DNA from: Candidatus Daviesbacteria bacterium
GTDB taxonomy: Bacteria; Patescibacteriota; Microgenomatia; Daviesbacterales; UBA10151
NCBI GenBank assembly: GCA_016184225.1
Contig: JACPDA010000004.1
Coordinates: forward strand, 70,800 to 134,799
Reading direction: 5' to 3'
DNA length: 64,000 nt
The position numbers and the translations under genes were made by a program. Below, one piece after another: positions 27,207 to 36,463 of this stretch. The notes below the pieces were generated by a model that was given only the letters and a program-made list of their open reading frames with translations, searched no databases and was not told the DNA's origin. Each line of letters begins with the position of its first letter. Within the stretch, counting starts at the first letter, position 1.

Positions 27207-28616
27207 TTAATGCAAAAGTTCGATTATTTCCTCCTTAGTCAAGTAACTACTTTCGTCAATTTTATCTGTATCTCCCTGTATTACTCTTGCTATGTCTTGT
27301 TTCTTGATTAATTTATCTTCGATAAAAAGGTCAATAGTATTTTGAGCTACTAACTTGATTATATTACATCTTTTATCCTGAGAAATCCTATGGATTCTAT
27401 CTTGTGATTGAAGATAGTCAACTAGATTAAAGGATCTATCTATATAGATAGCATTATTTGCAGCTGTTAATGTAATCCCCTCCCTTGCAGCTGCAGGATT
27501 AGCCACCATTACTCTGTAATCAGGATCTTCTTGAAATAACTGAATAAATTTATTTCTTTCTAATATTGGTATCTCTCCATGTATATTTAAAGAACCGAAT
27601 CCTCTATACCTATTCCTTAAAGTCTTTACATTCCCTACAAAGGACGACCAAATGATTACTTTTTCGTTCGATTCCATAATTTCTTTTAATAGCTCATCGA
27701 GTTTTGTAAACTTACAAGGTACTTCTTGATAGTCAGGTATTAACAAACCTGGATTACTTGCGACCTGAACAAGTCTTAGAAGCTTCTTGAGAATTGCTTT
27801 TGCTTCGTCAATAATTACTCTTTCGTCAGTATTTACAATTTCTATTAGTAGCTCTTCCTTTAACTTCCTATAGATCTCATTTTGCCTGGGTGATAGCTCT
27901 ACTAAAACTGTTTTATATACTTTTTCAGGCAACTCCAAGACATCATCCTTCAGTCTCCTAATAGATTTAGGTCTAATCTTCGTTTGAAGTTCAGCAAGCT
28001 TTTCTTTTGTTAAGCTGGAATCTTTGTAATTTTTTTTAAAAGCACCAAAATCTTCCCCTAAAGTTTTACCCCCATCCAAAAAATAGAATTGAGACCATAA
28101 ATCTATCGCCTTATTAGCTACAGGAGTTCCAGTTAAAATAATTCTTCTCGATACAAGTTCTCTCACTGCATTAATGGCTTTAAAAGTTTGGCTATCGGGA
28201 TCCTTTATGCGTTGAGATTCATCTAAAACTATTAAACATTTTCTAGCTTCAAGTAACAATTTAATAATATCTAGTTCTGCCTTAACTCCCTCGTAATTTA
28301 TAATGTACATGTTGGCAAAAGAGAGAAATTTATAACCTTTCGTCTTGCCTGCCCCTTCAATAACTACTGGAATTAGATAACTATGTTTCTTAATTTCGTT
28401 CTGCCAGACATACATCAATGTTTTGGGGCATATTATTAAAACTGCTTCTGACCTCTTTTGTTTAAGAATTGTTATAACTGCATCGATAACCTCTTTAGTT
28501 TTACCTACTCCCTGTTCGTCAAATAAGGCTGCCTCACTTTTCTGTACTAGAAAATTTGTAGCTTCTAATTGATGAGGAAGAGGAGATGTTTTAGCTTTAT
28601 ATAACGTTTTCTTCAT
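27207..28616 (-). CDS. SNF2-family helicase/ATPase
   Basis: DEQGVGKT, LDESQRIK, LTGTP, GITLTAA, QSQDRIHRISQ. Confidence 0.92.
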   Translation of the reverse strand: MKKTLYKAKTSPLPHQLEATNFLVQKSEAALFDEQGVGKTKEVIDAVITILKQKRSEAVLIICPKTLMYVWQNEIKKHSYLIPVVIEGAGKTKGYKFLSFANMYIINYEGVKAELDIIKLLLEARKCLIVLDESQRIKDPDSQTFKAINAVRELVSRRIILTGTPVANKAIDLWSQFYFLDGGKTLGEDFGAFKKNYKDSSLTKEKLAELQTKIRPKSIRRLKDDVLELPEKVYKTVLVELSPRQNEIYRKLKEELLIEIVNTDERVIIDEAKAILKKLLRLVQVASNPGLLIPDYQEVPCKFTKLDELLKEIMESNEKVIIWSSFVGNVKTLRNRYRGFGSLNIHGEIPILERNKFIQLFQEDPDYRVMVANPAAAREGITLTAANNAIYIDRSFNLVDYLQSQDRIHRISQDKRCNIIKLVAQNTIDLFIEDKLIKKQDIARVIQGDTDKIDESSYLTKEEIIELLH

Positions 28617-29013
28617 AAGGTAAAAGCCTGTCTGGTACAGGTAAAATAATTAAATTTTCGTCGTTAACCCCCAGATCTTTAATGATCTTTTGAAACTTAT
28701 CCTGTACTGACATCGGGATCCCAAAAAAAACCTGATGCCCAATTTGGTTAGACCAATTTGTATCATTAGTAAAATCTTGGAGTTGCTCCAGTGTTCTGAC
28801 AGTTAAATCGTCTGCTGTTTTTGCTTCACCTATTGCTACACCGTTTGGTTTTATTCCAATTAAATCTGGTCTGTGTCTTAGAATTTTTGGAGGCAGCTTT
28901 AGCTTTATTGCCTCTACTTCGCTAGCACCTTCAAAACCCACTACTTCATAGCCTTCTAGATTCATTCGTCTCGCTATTAAATCTGCAATAAACTGATGAG
29001 CTTTCGATGCCAT
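28597..29013 (-). CDS. small PD-(D/E)xK nuclease-like protein
   Basis: SKAHQ, HRPDLIG...IGEAKT; GGAGG SD; overlaps the SNF2 start. Confidence 0.75.
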   Translation of the reverse strand: MASKAHQFIADLIARRMNLEGYEVVGFEGASEVEAIKLKLPPKILRHRPDLIGIKPNGVAIGEAKTADDLTVRTLEQLQDFTNDTNWSNQIGHQVFFGIPMSVQDKFQKIIKDLGVNDENLIILPVPDRLLPYEENVI

Positions 29014-29024
29014 CCATTCGCCTC

Positions 29025-30035
29025 CTATTCTACTACCGACTTAGTCACTACAATTAACTTTTTAAGAAGATCTTTCTTTGCTGGTTCTTCTTCTCTAATC
29101 AAATTAATTTCATATTGCCTCAAGTTTTGAAGCTGATCAATTACTTTTTCAACATCTCTAAATAAGGGTGAAGCTACGTCAGGCTTTATAGTGGCTAATA
29201 AGTCCATTGCTGTTTCATATCCTTTATCCTTAAAGACTTTGGCTACTTCTTCATTAGAAAATATCTCTGGCAGATCTCTTACATCAATAGCCCTAGGAAT
29301 TCTTTCTTCCGCCACCCACCGACAAAAATCGTCTATTGAAAAAACTCTAGTTATTTCTAAATTGCGAACCTTCTTTTTGCCTACAAGCTCTACAAAATAG
29401 CTATATTTACTAACAGGATTATCTAAGTTATCTCCATACTTAGCTAAAAAGTGATCATGCATTATCTTAAATGCTGCTAAATCATTTTTTATTTCTGTCT
29501 CTTTACTTCTAGTCTCTCGTGCTAACCTTGCAGTGGGATAACCTTTTTGATTTAAGGTATATAAATATCTAGCTCTTTCATAAGGGTCCCATGGTTGTTT
29601 ACCGCCCAAGTGAAATTCGAGCCTAAGAAAAGCTATAACTTCCTCTGAAGTATCTGGGGGTAAAATTCGTGCTTCTATTGTCTGCCATTCAGTATCATGA
29701 GGGTACTTATCATATAACTCATCGAATATTAGTTTCCTGGTATTACCCTCTATGACTACATACTTCCCGTTTTTTTCAAAAACCCAGATTGGCTCAAGCA
29801 ACCCCGCTGTCTCTATAGACTCTTTGAGAGAATCATAGTTAGTTTTAGTTTTCACCCTTTGTCCAAGCTTTAATTTAGCCTGTGTTATTTCGTCGTCTTT
29901 TACTCCTCGTGCATACTCACTGTCAATTAAGAACTGGATTCTAGGATTTTCCTTATCTAACTCTATGAGTTCTAACGGAATTTTATGAAGGGGAGCTTTG
30001 CTTATAAGAGCTGTGAGGTATTTAGATTTACTCAT
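29025..30035 (-). CDS. ParB-like N-terminal domain protein (paralog 1)
   Basis: LDKENPR, GLLEPI, VIEGNTRK, HLGGKQPWDPYERA. Confidence 0.8.
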   Translation of the reverse strand: MSKSKYLTALISKAPLHKIPLELIELDKENPRIQFLIDSEYARGVKDDEITQAKLKLGQRVKTKTNYDSLKESIETAGLLEPIWVFEKNGKYVVIEGNTRKLIFDELYDKYPHDTEWQTIEARILPPDTSEEVIAFLRLEFHLGGKQPWDPYERARYLYTLNQKGYPTARLARETRSKETEIKNDLAAFKIMHDHFLAKYGDNLDNPVSKYSYFVELVGKKKVRNLEITRVFSIDDFCRWVAEERIPRAIDVRDLPEIFSNEEVAKVFKDKGYETAMDLLATIKPDVASPLFRDVEKVIDQLQNLRQYEINLIREEEPAKKDLLKKLIVVTKSVVE

Positions 30036-30046
30036 AAGAATTCTTT

Positions 30047-31420
30047 TTATTTACGTTTACAAATGAGCAGGTATTCGTTAACTATATGGTTTCCTCGCCC
30101 ATTATGCTTAAAGCGAGATCCTTGGGCAGAGTGATTATAACCGTTCTTTTTATCTATGATCTCGTAATATTGACTGGCTATCTCTATTAGTTTATCGACG
30201 GGTTTCAATAAACTATTATCCGAATAGCTTATAGCCAAGGTTGCATCGGTGCTGGAAGATATTATACCAAACATTTCCTGAAATGCTTCTTCTACTTTGC
30301 TTGTATGGGAAAAGGAGGATTGATAACGATCATCTCTATAACCCCCCTTCACTGGTGTAGTTTTTGCCCGATCTAGAGTGAGCGTAGGATAATCATACCT
30401 AACCAAAGTCTCCGGGATATGGTAAAAGCGACTGTATTGTGCATTTGTGTAAGGAGGGTCAATATAAATTAGTTTCACCCCGTTTATTTCACCATCCTTG
30501 GCCATTTGTTTAACGAGATCTTTGTAATCATAATTATAAACTTTGTTTTCCCATCTTTTTTGAAGATAGACATTGCCAAAATCCAATAATTTATTTTGGA
30601 ACTCCGAGACAATCGATATGGCACGTTGCTTAAGTAATAAGTCTTGTGCGCTTAACGAATTTTGATTCAAATATTCTGCGAAGTGTCCACTACTATTGAC
30701 CGCCTTGCTCATGGCAAACATTAAACAACTTAGATACAGGGCTTGTTTGTCTTTGTCTGATATTTGATCTATTGCATATCGCAAACTATCTATTTCGGCG
30801 CACTGTTTAAGGCTAAAAAAGGTATTCGAGTAGTAGATGGCGAAGAGTAAATAGGGGAAGCTTTTTTTGGCAACCCTTCTTTTATCTATAAATTGTTTAC
30901 TAAAATAGGGTGCTAGTTTGTATTCATCGGAGGTAACGCCTCTGCCGTAAATGGGTATTTTGAGGAAGAACTTCTTGTACTCGTCAAAACTCCCCTTATT
31001 TACTAATCTTTGTTCATCTTCGATTGCTTTGCCAAATATATCAGTAAGCTGATCAAGATTTTTGTCGTAATACTTACTCAGAGTGTCATTAAAATCGTTT
31101 TCTCTAATTTGTTCATTAAATTGAAGTAGTGCCCTTGATATTACTGCGGAGTATCCTTGAATATCATTTGCAATAATTCTCGCCTTTGGCTTCATTGCGT
31201 ATCCAATTGAAGAAGTTCCAGCAAACAAGTCTAGCACTGTATCTCCTAAGTCTAAGTATTCCTCTAAGAGAGGTACTAACCAATTTAGTAGCCTTCTTTT
31301 ATTACCCATATATTTAAGGATTTGCATTTGAGGGTATTGACCGTATGAAAAGTTTTTAGCTAGTGAAACTTGTGGGAATAGTATTGCCTGTGGATATATA
31401 AAGGATGCCATTAGTTCCAT
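30047..31420 (-). CDS. DNA adenine methyltransferase (D12/Dam-related alpha class)
   Basis: KYMGNK, DLFAGT, IAND, YIDPPY, YSRFYH..ETL. Confidence 0.92.
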   Translation of the reverse strand: MELMASFIYPQAILFPQVSLAKNFSYGQYPQMQILKYMGNKRRLLNWLVPLLEEYLDLGDTVLDLFAGTSSIGYAMKPKARIIANDIQGYSAVISRALLQFNEQIRENDFNDTLSKYYDKNLDQLTDIFGKAIEDEQRLVNKGSFDEYKKFFLKIPIYGRGVTSDEYKLAPYFSKQFIDKRRVAKKSFPYLLFAIYYSNTFFSLKQCAEIDSLRYAIDQISDKDKQALYLSCLMFAMSKAVNSSGHFAEYLNQNSLSAQDLLLKQRAISIVSEFQNKLLDFGNVYLQKRWENKVYNYDYKDLVKQMAKDGEINGVKLIYIDPPYTNAQYSRFYHIPETLVRYDYPTLTLDRAKTTPVKGGYRDDRYQSSFSHTSKVEEAFQEMFGIISSSTDATLAISYSDNSLLKPVDKLIEIASQYYEIIDKKNGYNHSAQGSRFKHNGRGNHIVNEYLLICKRK

Positions 31421-31524
31421 GATAGCATGTATGGTGACTTAGTGAACATTAAAATACAATAAAACTGGTAAAATACAAGCCACCCAACATTTCGGGTAAA
31501 CTGTCTTTAAACATTAAAATTATC

Positions 31525-32502
31525 ATGAAAATAACGATATTTGATAATTTGTTTATCTTCCCTCATCGGGCAAAAGTTGTTAGCCTGGAAACAAAGAACT
31601 TCTTACATTTTTTGCTTGAAGATGAATACTTCCAAAACGAACAGAAGCAATTGAGAGAAAAATATGGCATTCCGAAAGACGGCTATCCACTTGATAAGCT
31701 TTACAAGGCGGTTGAAATCATAGACGAAGTGCCTGAGGGGCTAAGTGTTGAAAAGATGGATGAATTCCATAGATTCCTTTATGAAATTGATAGCTCTGAT
31801 GAAGTTATTTTTGCTCCGGAGGATAAAGCAGCAGTGATAGACAAAAATAAAGTGAAGCTGGATACATTTTATAGCTCACTTAATAAAACAGAACGATTAG
31901 CTTTTGAAGTGTATCTCAAGAAGTACAAAGCAAGAAAAGAAAATAATAGTAAGTATAGCAACCATAAAGAAGAGTTTAGCATTCATGCATTTATGAAGCA
32001 GATGGAAAATGATTTAGACAGGCTTGCTACTTACTATAATCTCCCTTCACATTTTGATACACAGTTTTTCCTGCTTATTGCTTTTAATGCGCTTCGAGAT
32101 ATCAGGCCGCAGCCATTCCTCTTTATGACAACCAATAGGATGACCATTAGGGATCTTCTCGAGGCGGTGCCGAAAAGCAAAGAGCCAATTGGCGCTTTGA
32201 TCGTATATGAACAGGTTACGAAAAATCAACTTACCAAATGGATTGAGAATAACTGGAAGATTCTAAAAGACCTCATGCAAGAGCTACCCAAAGTCTCATT
32301 TCCCAAAAGCACAATGCTTGATATTTCAAAAGAGATCGCTGACCTTCGAGATAGAAAACATAAGCTCTTTCGAGAAATTGCATCGGATCTTACAGACAAG
32401 TATCCCGACGACATGCGGGTTACTGATGAAACATGGGTAAAAGAAACATATAGACGATATAAGAATCGATTGCGAGCCTTCACAAAAAATAAGCAACAAT
32501 AA
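31525..32502 (+). CDS. hypothetical island protein with a possible C-terminal HTH (regulator)
   Basis: LREKYGIP near the N-terminus; FREIASDL...VKETYRRYK C-terminal helices. Confidence 0.55.
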   Translation: MKITIFDNLFIFPHRAKVVSLETKNFLHFLLEDEYFQNEQKQLREKYGIPKDGYPLDKLYKAVEIIDEVPEGLSVEKMDEFHRFLYEIDSSDEVIFAPEDKAAVIDKNKVKLDTFYSSLNKTERLAFEVYLKKYKARKENNSKYSNHKEEFSIHAFMKQMENDLDRLATYYNLPSHFDTQFFLLIAFNALRDIRPQPFLFMTTNRMTIRDLLEAVPKSKEPIGALIVYEQVTKNQLTKWIENNWKILKDLMQELPKVSFPKSTMLDISKEIADLRDRKHKLFREIASDLTDKYPDDMRVTDETWVKETYRRYKNRLRAFTKNKQQ

Positions 32503-32592
32503 GTTACCAAACCCGTTGTTTCCCGAATTCATTGTTTCCCAAACATCTTGTTATTTTTGCCTCTTTGTATCTGTGATAGCGTGCTTGGTAAC

Positions 32593-32850
32593 ATGAGCAT
32601 TAGCAAAGATTTTCCTCGCAACCTTTTTGCCACCTATGATATTGGGCTCTCTTCTGTATTGCTTAGTTTAGGTTTTGCTTTAGATTCTCTTGATAAAACC
32701 AATCCTCAAAAAGTTCAGTTTATCTTCCAAAAAAATAAGGGTTTAGCTGAAGCGATCCAAGCGTATTGGGCTAAAAGATTAACCCTTGAACCGCAGACAC
32801 TCTTGGCAAATCTCAAACTTTTAAAGAACAGGTTGTATTCAGATGAATAG
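32593..32850 (+). CDS. DUF5659-like small island protein
   Basis: F.TYDIGLSS.L.S.GF.L...KV.F.F...YW...L.LEPQ...LK.LKNRLY; start ATG 32593. Confidence 0.65.
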   Translation: MSISKDFPRNLFATYDIGLSSVLLSLGFALDSLDKTNPQKVQFIFQKNKGLAEAIQAYWAKRLTLEPQTLLANLKLLKNRLYSDE

Positions 32851-33028
32851 CTATGGCACGAAGGGCTGGCTAAATGAAGATCTTAAAAAAGAGATTAAGA
32901 AGGTTTTTGAGCCTCGTTATAAGAGATCCTTAACTGATGAGGAGGTAACTGTGATAGCCGAAAACCTGACAGAGGTTATGGAGGCCTTTTTGAAGATGAA
33001 ATGGAAACAAAAATATGGACAACCTTGA
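32843..33028 (+). CDS. small hypothetical protein
   Basis: Overlaps both neighbours; VFEPRYKRSLTDEEV..IAENL. Confidence 0.6.
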   Translation: MNSYGTKGWLNEDLKKEIKKVFEPRYKRSLTDEEVTVIAENLTEVMEAFLKMKWKQKYGQP

Positions 33029-33377
33029 ACTTAATATTAATATCACCGGATTCTCAGTTGAAGTAAAACCGGTCATACGCCAAGACAATATCAAGGCCTT
33101 TGTGACCTGGATATTCTTAACAGAGTCAGGAGTAGTTAAGGTATATGGAGGCACCATCCGGATAAAACCATTCGGCAAAGACAATAAACTGATATTAACT
33201 TATGAACCGCCGGCTATAAAGACCAGGGGCGGCTACATCAAGGCTATGTTTATTGAAGATAAGCAGCTGTTTAAAACGCTCTGTGACTACACTATTAATT
33301 TGTACTGCAAGCTAACCGGCGAAGTAAGAGGAATACTATCGCCAGAAGATGTTAACATCGACGAGATACCTATCTAG
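33015..33377 (+). CDS. SpoVG-like nucleic-acid-binding protein with an SSB-like acidic tail
   Basis: IKAFVT...VKVYG..I beta pattern; ends DVNIDEIPI. Confidence 0.5.
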   Translation: MDNLELNINITGFSVEVKPVIRQDNIKAFVTWIFLTESGVVKVYGGTIRIKPFGKDNKLILTYEPPAIKTRGGYIKAMFIEDKQLFKTLCDYTINLYCKLTGEVRGILSPEDVNIDEIPI

Positions 33378-33476
33378 CCATATAGTAACAATAGATAACT
33401 ATATAGTTACTGGTATCAATATAGTAACAAGAGTTAGTATCCAGTAAGGAGTAACTATACTTAAGTTAAGATCAAT

Positions 33477-35033
33477 ATGAATATAAACGGCGAGCAATTA
33501 AAATATTTTATCTACTGTAGAAAATCCTCGGATGATGAGGATAGGCAAATTTTGTCAATCGAGAGCCAAATAAGAGAGCTTAAAGAGTACGCACTAAAGT
33601 ATAATTTACAAGTAGTAGATATATTAACTGAGAGTAAAAGCGCACATTATCCCGGGCGTGAGGTATTTGATGAGATGTTAGTGCATATTAAAAGTGGCGA
33701 GGCTAATGGTTTGCTGGTTTGGCATGCTAACCGTATTGCCCGCAACTCAAAAGATGGTGGTGAGGTTATCTGGCTTATGGATAGTGGAGTAATTGCGCAA
33801 ATTGATACCCCCGGTAAGCAGTATCTCAATACTCCTGATGATAAGTTTTATTTAAGTTTAGAGTTCAGTATGGCTAAAAAGTCATCGGATGATTTAAGTG
33901 TTGTAGTTAAGCGAGGTATAAGACAAAAATATGAGCGCGGTGAATATCCCAACTTTGCCCCTATTGGTTACATCAATACAAAAATAAATGGAGTAACTAA
34001 TATCTCCCCTGATCCGGAGCGCAAAGATTTGGTTATTAAACTCTTTAACGAATACTCAACCGGCAAGTATTCTCTTGGTCAAATGGCTGAACTGATATTC
34101 ACCTGGGGACTTCGGACCCGCAGAGGTAAGCCTGTTAGTAAATCGCATCTCCACCGGATCCTTAAAAATCCGATATATTACGGTGTTTATGAACATGCAG
34201 GAGAGTTACACAATGGAACATACGAACCTCTTATCTCAAAACGTCTGTTTGATGATCTACAGGTAGTCTTACATAATAAGGCCAAGCCGAAAAAGATTAA
34301 CAACGACTGGCCATATGCTGCGCTTTTGAAATGCGGATGCGGATGCGGAGCTTCAATCATCTTTGAAACCAAGCGCAAGTATTATAAGAAGACTGACCGC
34401 TGGGCAGAATATACTTATGCCCGCTCAAGTAAAAGGTGTAGTAAGTGTACTCAAAAGGGAATAGATCTGGCTGAACTTGAGCGTCAGCTGGATGAAAAAA
34501 TTGCCCCTGTTACTATTGATGAAGAAACATGGCGTTTAGGTATTAAACTGCTCAATACCAAGTATGAATCAGAGGCAAAGCAACGGGCACAGGTGGTGGA
34601 AAGCCGGCAAAGGCAGTATCAAAGGTTACAAGGCGAGCTGGATGGCTATTTCAAGATGCGGGCCCGGGAGGAAATGACTGCTGATGAGTTTACCACCAGG
34701 AAAAAGGCCATCTTTGATGAGCAGGCAAAATTAAAAGAAAAAATAGATGACGGATTAAACGGCCAGCGCAGCTGGTTGGAACTTGCTGAAGATTTCTTTA
34801 CAACAGCCTATCAGGCACGGGAGATGCTAAATAGTGATGATTTAGAGGCAAAACGCAGGGCAGTTGCAAAGATCGGTTGGAACGTCTTGCTAAAAGACGA
34901 AAAGCTTGTCTGGACGTACCAAAAGCCTTATGACATACTGCTTAAACCTCAATACCGTTCTGACCTGCGGAGGCGGCAGGATTCGAACCTGCGAGCCCTT
35001 TCGAGCCAATGGTTTTCAAGACCATCTCCATAA
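33477..35033 (+). CDS. large serine recombinase (integrase)
   Basis: YCRKSSD..DRQ..SIESQ catalytic Ser, recombinase domain, KCGCGCG...CSKC zinc ribbon, coiled coil; the last ~20 aa are read from the tRNA antisense strand. Confidence 0.95.
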   Translation: MNINGEQLKYFIYCRKSSDDEDRQILSIESQIRELKEYALKYNLQVVDILTESKSAHYPGREVFDEMLVHIKSGEANGLLVWHANRIARNSKDGGEVIWLMDSGVIAQIDTPGKQYLNTPDDKFYLSLEFSMAKKSSDDLSVVVKRGIRQKYERGEYPNFAPIGYINTKINGVTNISPDPERKDLVIKLFNEYSTGKYSLGQMAELIFTWGLRTRRGKPVSKSHLHRILKNPIYYGVYEHAGELHNGTYEPLISKRLFDDLQVVLHNKAKPKKINNDWPYAALLKCGCGCGASIIFETKRKYYKKTDRWAEYTYARSSKRCSKCTQKGIDLAELERQLDEKIAPVTIDEETWRLGIKLLNTKYESEAKQRAQVVESRQRQYQRLQGELDGYFKMRAREEMTADEFTTRKKAIFDEQAKLKEKIDDGLNGQRSWLELAEDFFTTAYQAREMLNSDDLEAKRRAVAKIGWNVLLKDEKLVWTYQKPYDILLKPQYRSDLRRRQDSNLRALSSQWFSRPSP

Positions 35034-35052
35034 ACCGCTCGGACACGCCTCC
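34968..35052 (-). tRNA. tRNA-Ser(UGA), island attachment site
   Basis: GGAGGCG...ATGGT-CTTGAAA-ACCAT, long variable arm, GCAGG-TTCGAAT-CCTGC. Confidence 0.95.
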
Positions 35053-35057
35053 TTAAG

Positions 35058-35141
35058 CGGTGGGTACAGGATTCGAACCTGTGTGACATTTCTGCCAGCA
35101 GTTTAGCGAACTGCCCCCTTAAGCCACTCGGGCAACCCACC
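35058..35141 (-). tRNA. tRNA-Ser(GCU)
   Basis: GGTGGGT...GCAGT-TCGCTAA-ACTGC, long variable arm. Confidence 0.9.
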
Positions 35142-35221
35142 AGCTTGCCTCATTTTACCAGAACCCAGTTTATATCTCCATTAGTTACATAACTTGATAC
35201 GGCCGTTGCATGTTATGTAAA

Positions 35222-35920
35222 CTACCGAGCCAAAGTTAGGGCCCAGACTTTTTTGGCTCCGTTTCTTTTCAGCACATAAGCGCATTCTCTAAGGGTTGAA
35301 CCGGTGGTCCAGACGTCATCGATAAGAAGGGTATAGGGTACAGGGTTTAGGGTATAGTCGGGAGAAATCTCAAAAGCATCTTTGATGTTTTGATGACGGC
35401 CAAAACCTTTTAATTTTACCTGGGACTTGGTATAACGAGTGCGTTTTAAACCGTCACAGTAGGCTAAACCTATTTTTTTGGATAAAATTTGTCCAATGAG
35501 TGAAGACTGGTTAAAACCCCTGTCATTACCCCTCCACCAGTGCAGTGGTACAGGGATAATAGTCCATCCTACTCCCTTATCCTTACTAATCTGATCTAAA
35601 ACAAACGGTTGATATTTAACCCAATATTCCACCAGGATATCCACCAAAGTTTCCACCAAACCACTAACCCTGCCATATTTCAACTGTTTAATAGCCTCCC
35701 TTAACGAACCTTGATAGATCCCTAAACTCCACAGTCCATCTAAACCAAACTTTCTTTTGCAAATCGGGTGAGTTTGACCTCCAACAGCCAGCTTTTCACA
35801 CTTGGGACAAACCAAATCTGTTTGCAAGATATTAGAAATGCAATCTTTACAAAAGTAAGTATCTAATTTCTTACAACCAACACACCTTTTGGGGAATAAA
35901 AGGTCCAATAAAAAGTTCAT
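35222..35920 (-). CDS. comF: ComF family competence protein
   Basis: FPKRCVGC, IPVPLH...RGFNQS, LIDDVWTTGSTL; start ATG 35920. Confidence 0.92.
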   Translation of the reverse strand: MNFLLDLLFPKRCVGCKKLDTYFCKDCISNILQTDLVCPKCEKLAVGGQTHPICKRKFGLDGLWSLGIYQGSLREAIKQLKYGRVSGLVETLVDILVEYWVKYQPFVLDQISKDKGVGWTIIPVPLHWWRGNDRGFNQSSLIGQILSKKIGLAYCDGLKRTRYTKSQVKLKGFGRHQNIKDAFEISPDYTLNPVPYTLLIDDVWTTGSTLRECAYVLKRNGAKKVWALTLAR

Positions 35921-35981
35921 AGTTCGTAGTTCAGAGTTTATAGTAGAACAACTAATCACTAATAACTACCCACTAATCACT

Positions 35982-36010
35982 AAAAAACCCGCCGGAAAGC
36001 GGGTTTTTAA
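35982..36010. terminator. intrinsic terminator downstream of tmRNA
   Basis: AAAAAACCCGC-CGGAAA-GCGGGTTTTT. Confidence 0.8.
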
Positions 36011-36425
36011 TGGTGGAGATGTCGGCTGTGAGCCGAGTCCAAAATTGTGACTAAAAAAACTTCTACAAGCTTAGCTAATTAATTTTTATTCATTAGTTGT
36101 AACCAATTAGCAGGAAAACTAATGAATGATCAAACTTATCTTTAAGTTAATACTGATCGATCAAAATTGTATTAACAGCATCCTGACTGGGTACATACTT
36201 TAGGTTCTAGCCAGAAAAAGAATTCCTAAAATAGATGCTTTAAGCTACTGCAAATCTGGGAGCGTAAGCTGAACCAAAAAGGTCAGCTACGATACCAGCA
36301 GCCATTGCTTTGGCATCACGGACAAGTTTATTGCCGTTTGTGTTTTGAAACAATATTTAACGCTTAATGTTTCCTAAGCGGCTTGCAGTTTTTAAAGAGC
36401 AATCCTGTCGAAACTATACATCCCC
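36011..36425 (-). ncRNA. ssrA: tmRNA; tag ORF 36335-36240 encodes GNKLVRDAKAMAAGIVADLFGSAYAPRFAVA
   Basis: 5' GGGGATGTATAGTTTCGAC, 3' CATCTCCACCA (G3.U70), tag ending FAVA, adjacent to smpB. Confidence 0.92.
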
Positions 36426-36463
36426 AGGACTGTATATTACCACAACTTAAAGCTAAAAGCAAA

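Larger units (their letters stand above)
23706..34970. mobile_element. serine-recombinase genomic island at the tRNA-Ser(UGA) 3' end (11.26 kb)
   Basis: Integrase reads into the tRNA; TGCGG core at 23706-23710 and 34966-34970; the left junction supplies an in-frame alternative integrase C-terminus. Confidence 0.8.

Noticed and set aside
23843-33377. Complete prophage
   Set aside because: No capsid, portal, large terminase, tail or lysis genes within the 11.26 kb island
34906-35140. ORFs 34906..35106 and 34949..35140
   Set aside because: Translations of the tRNA-Ser genes
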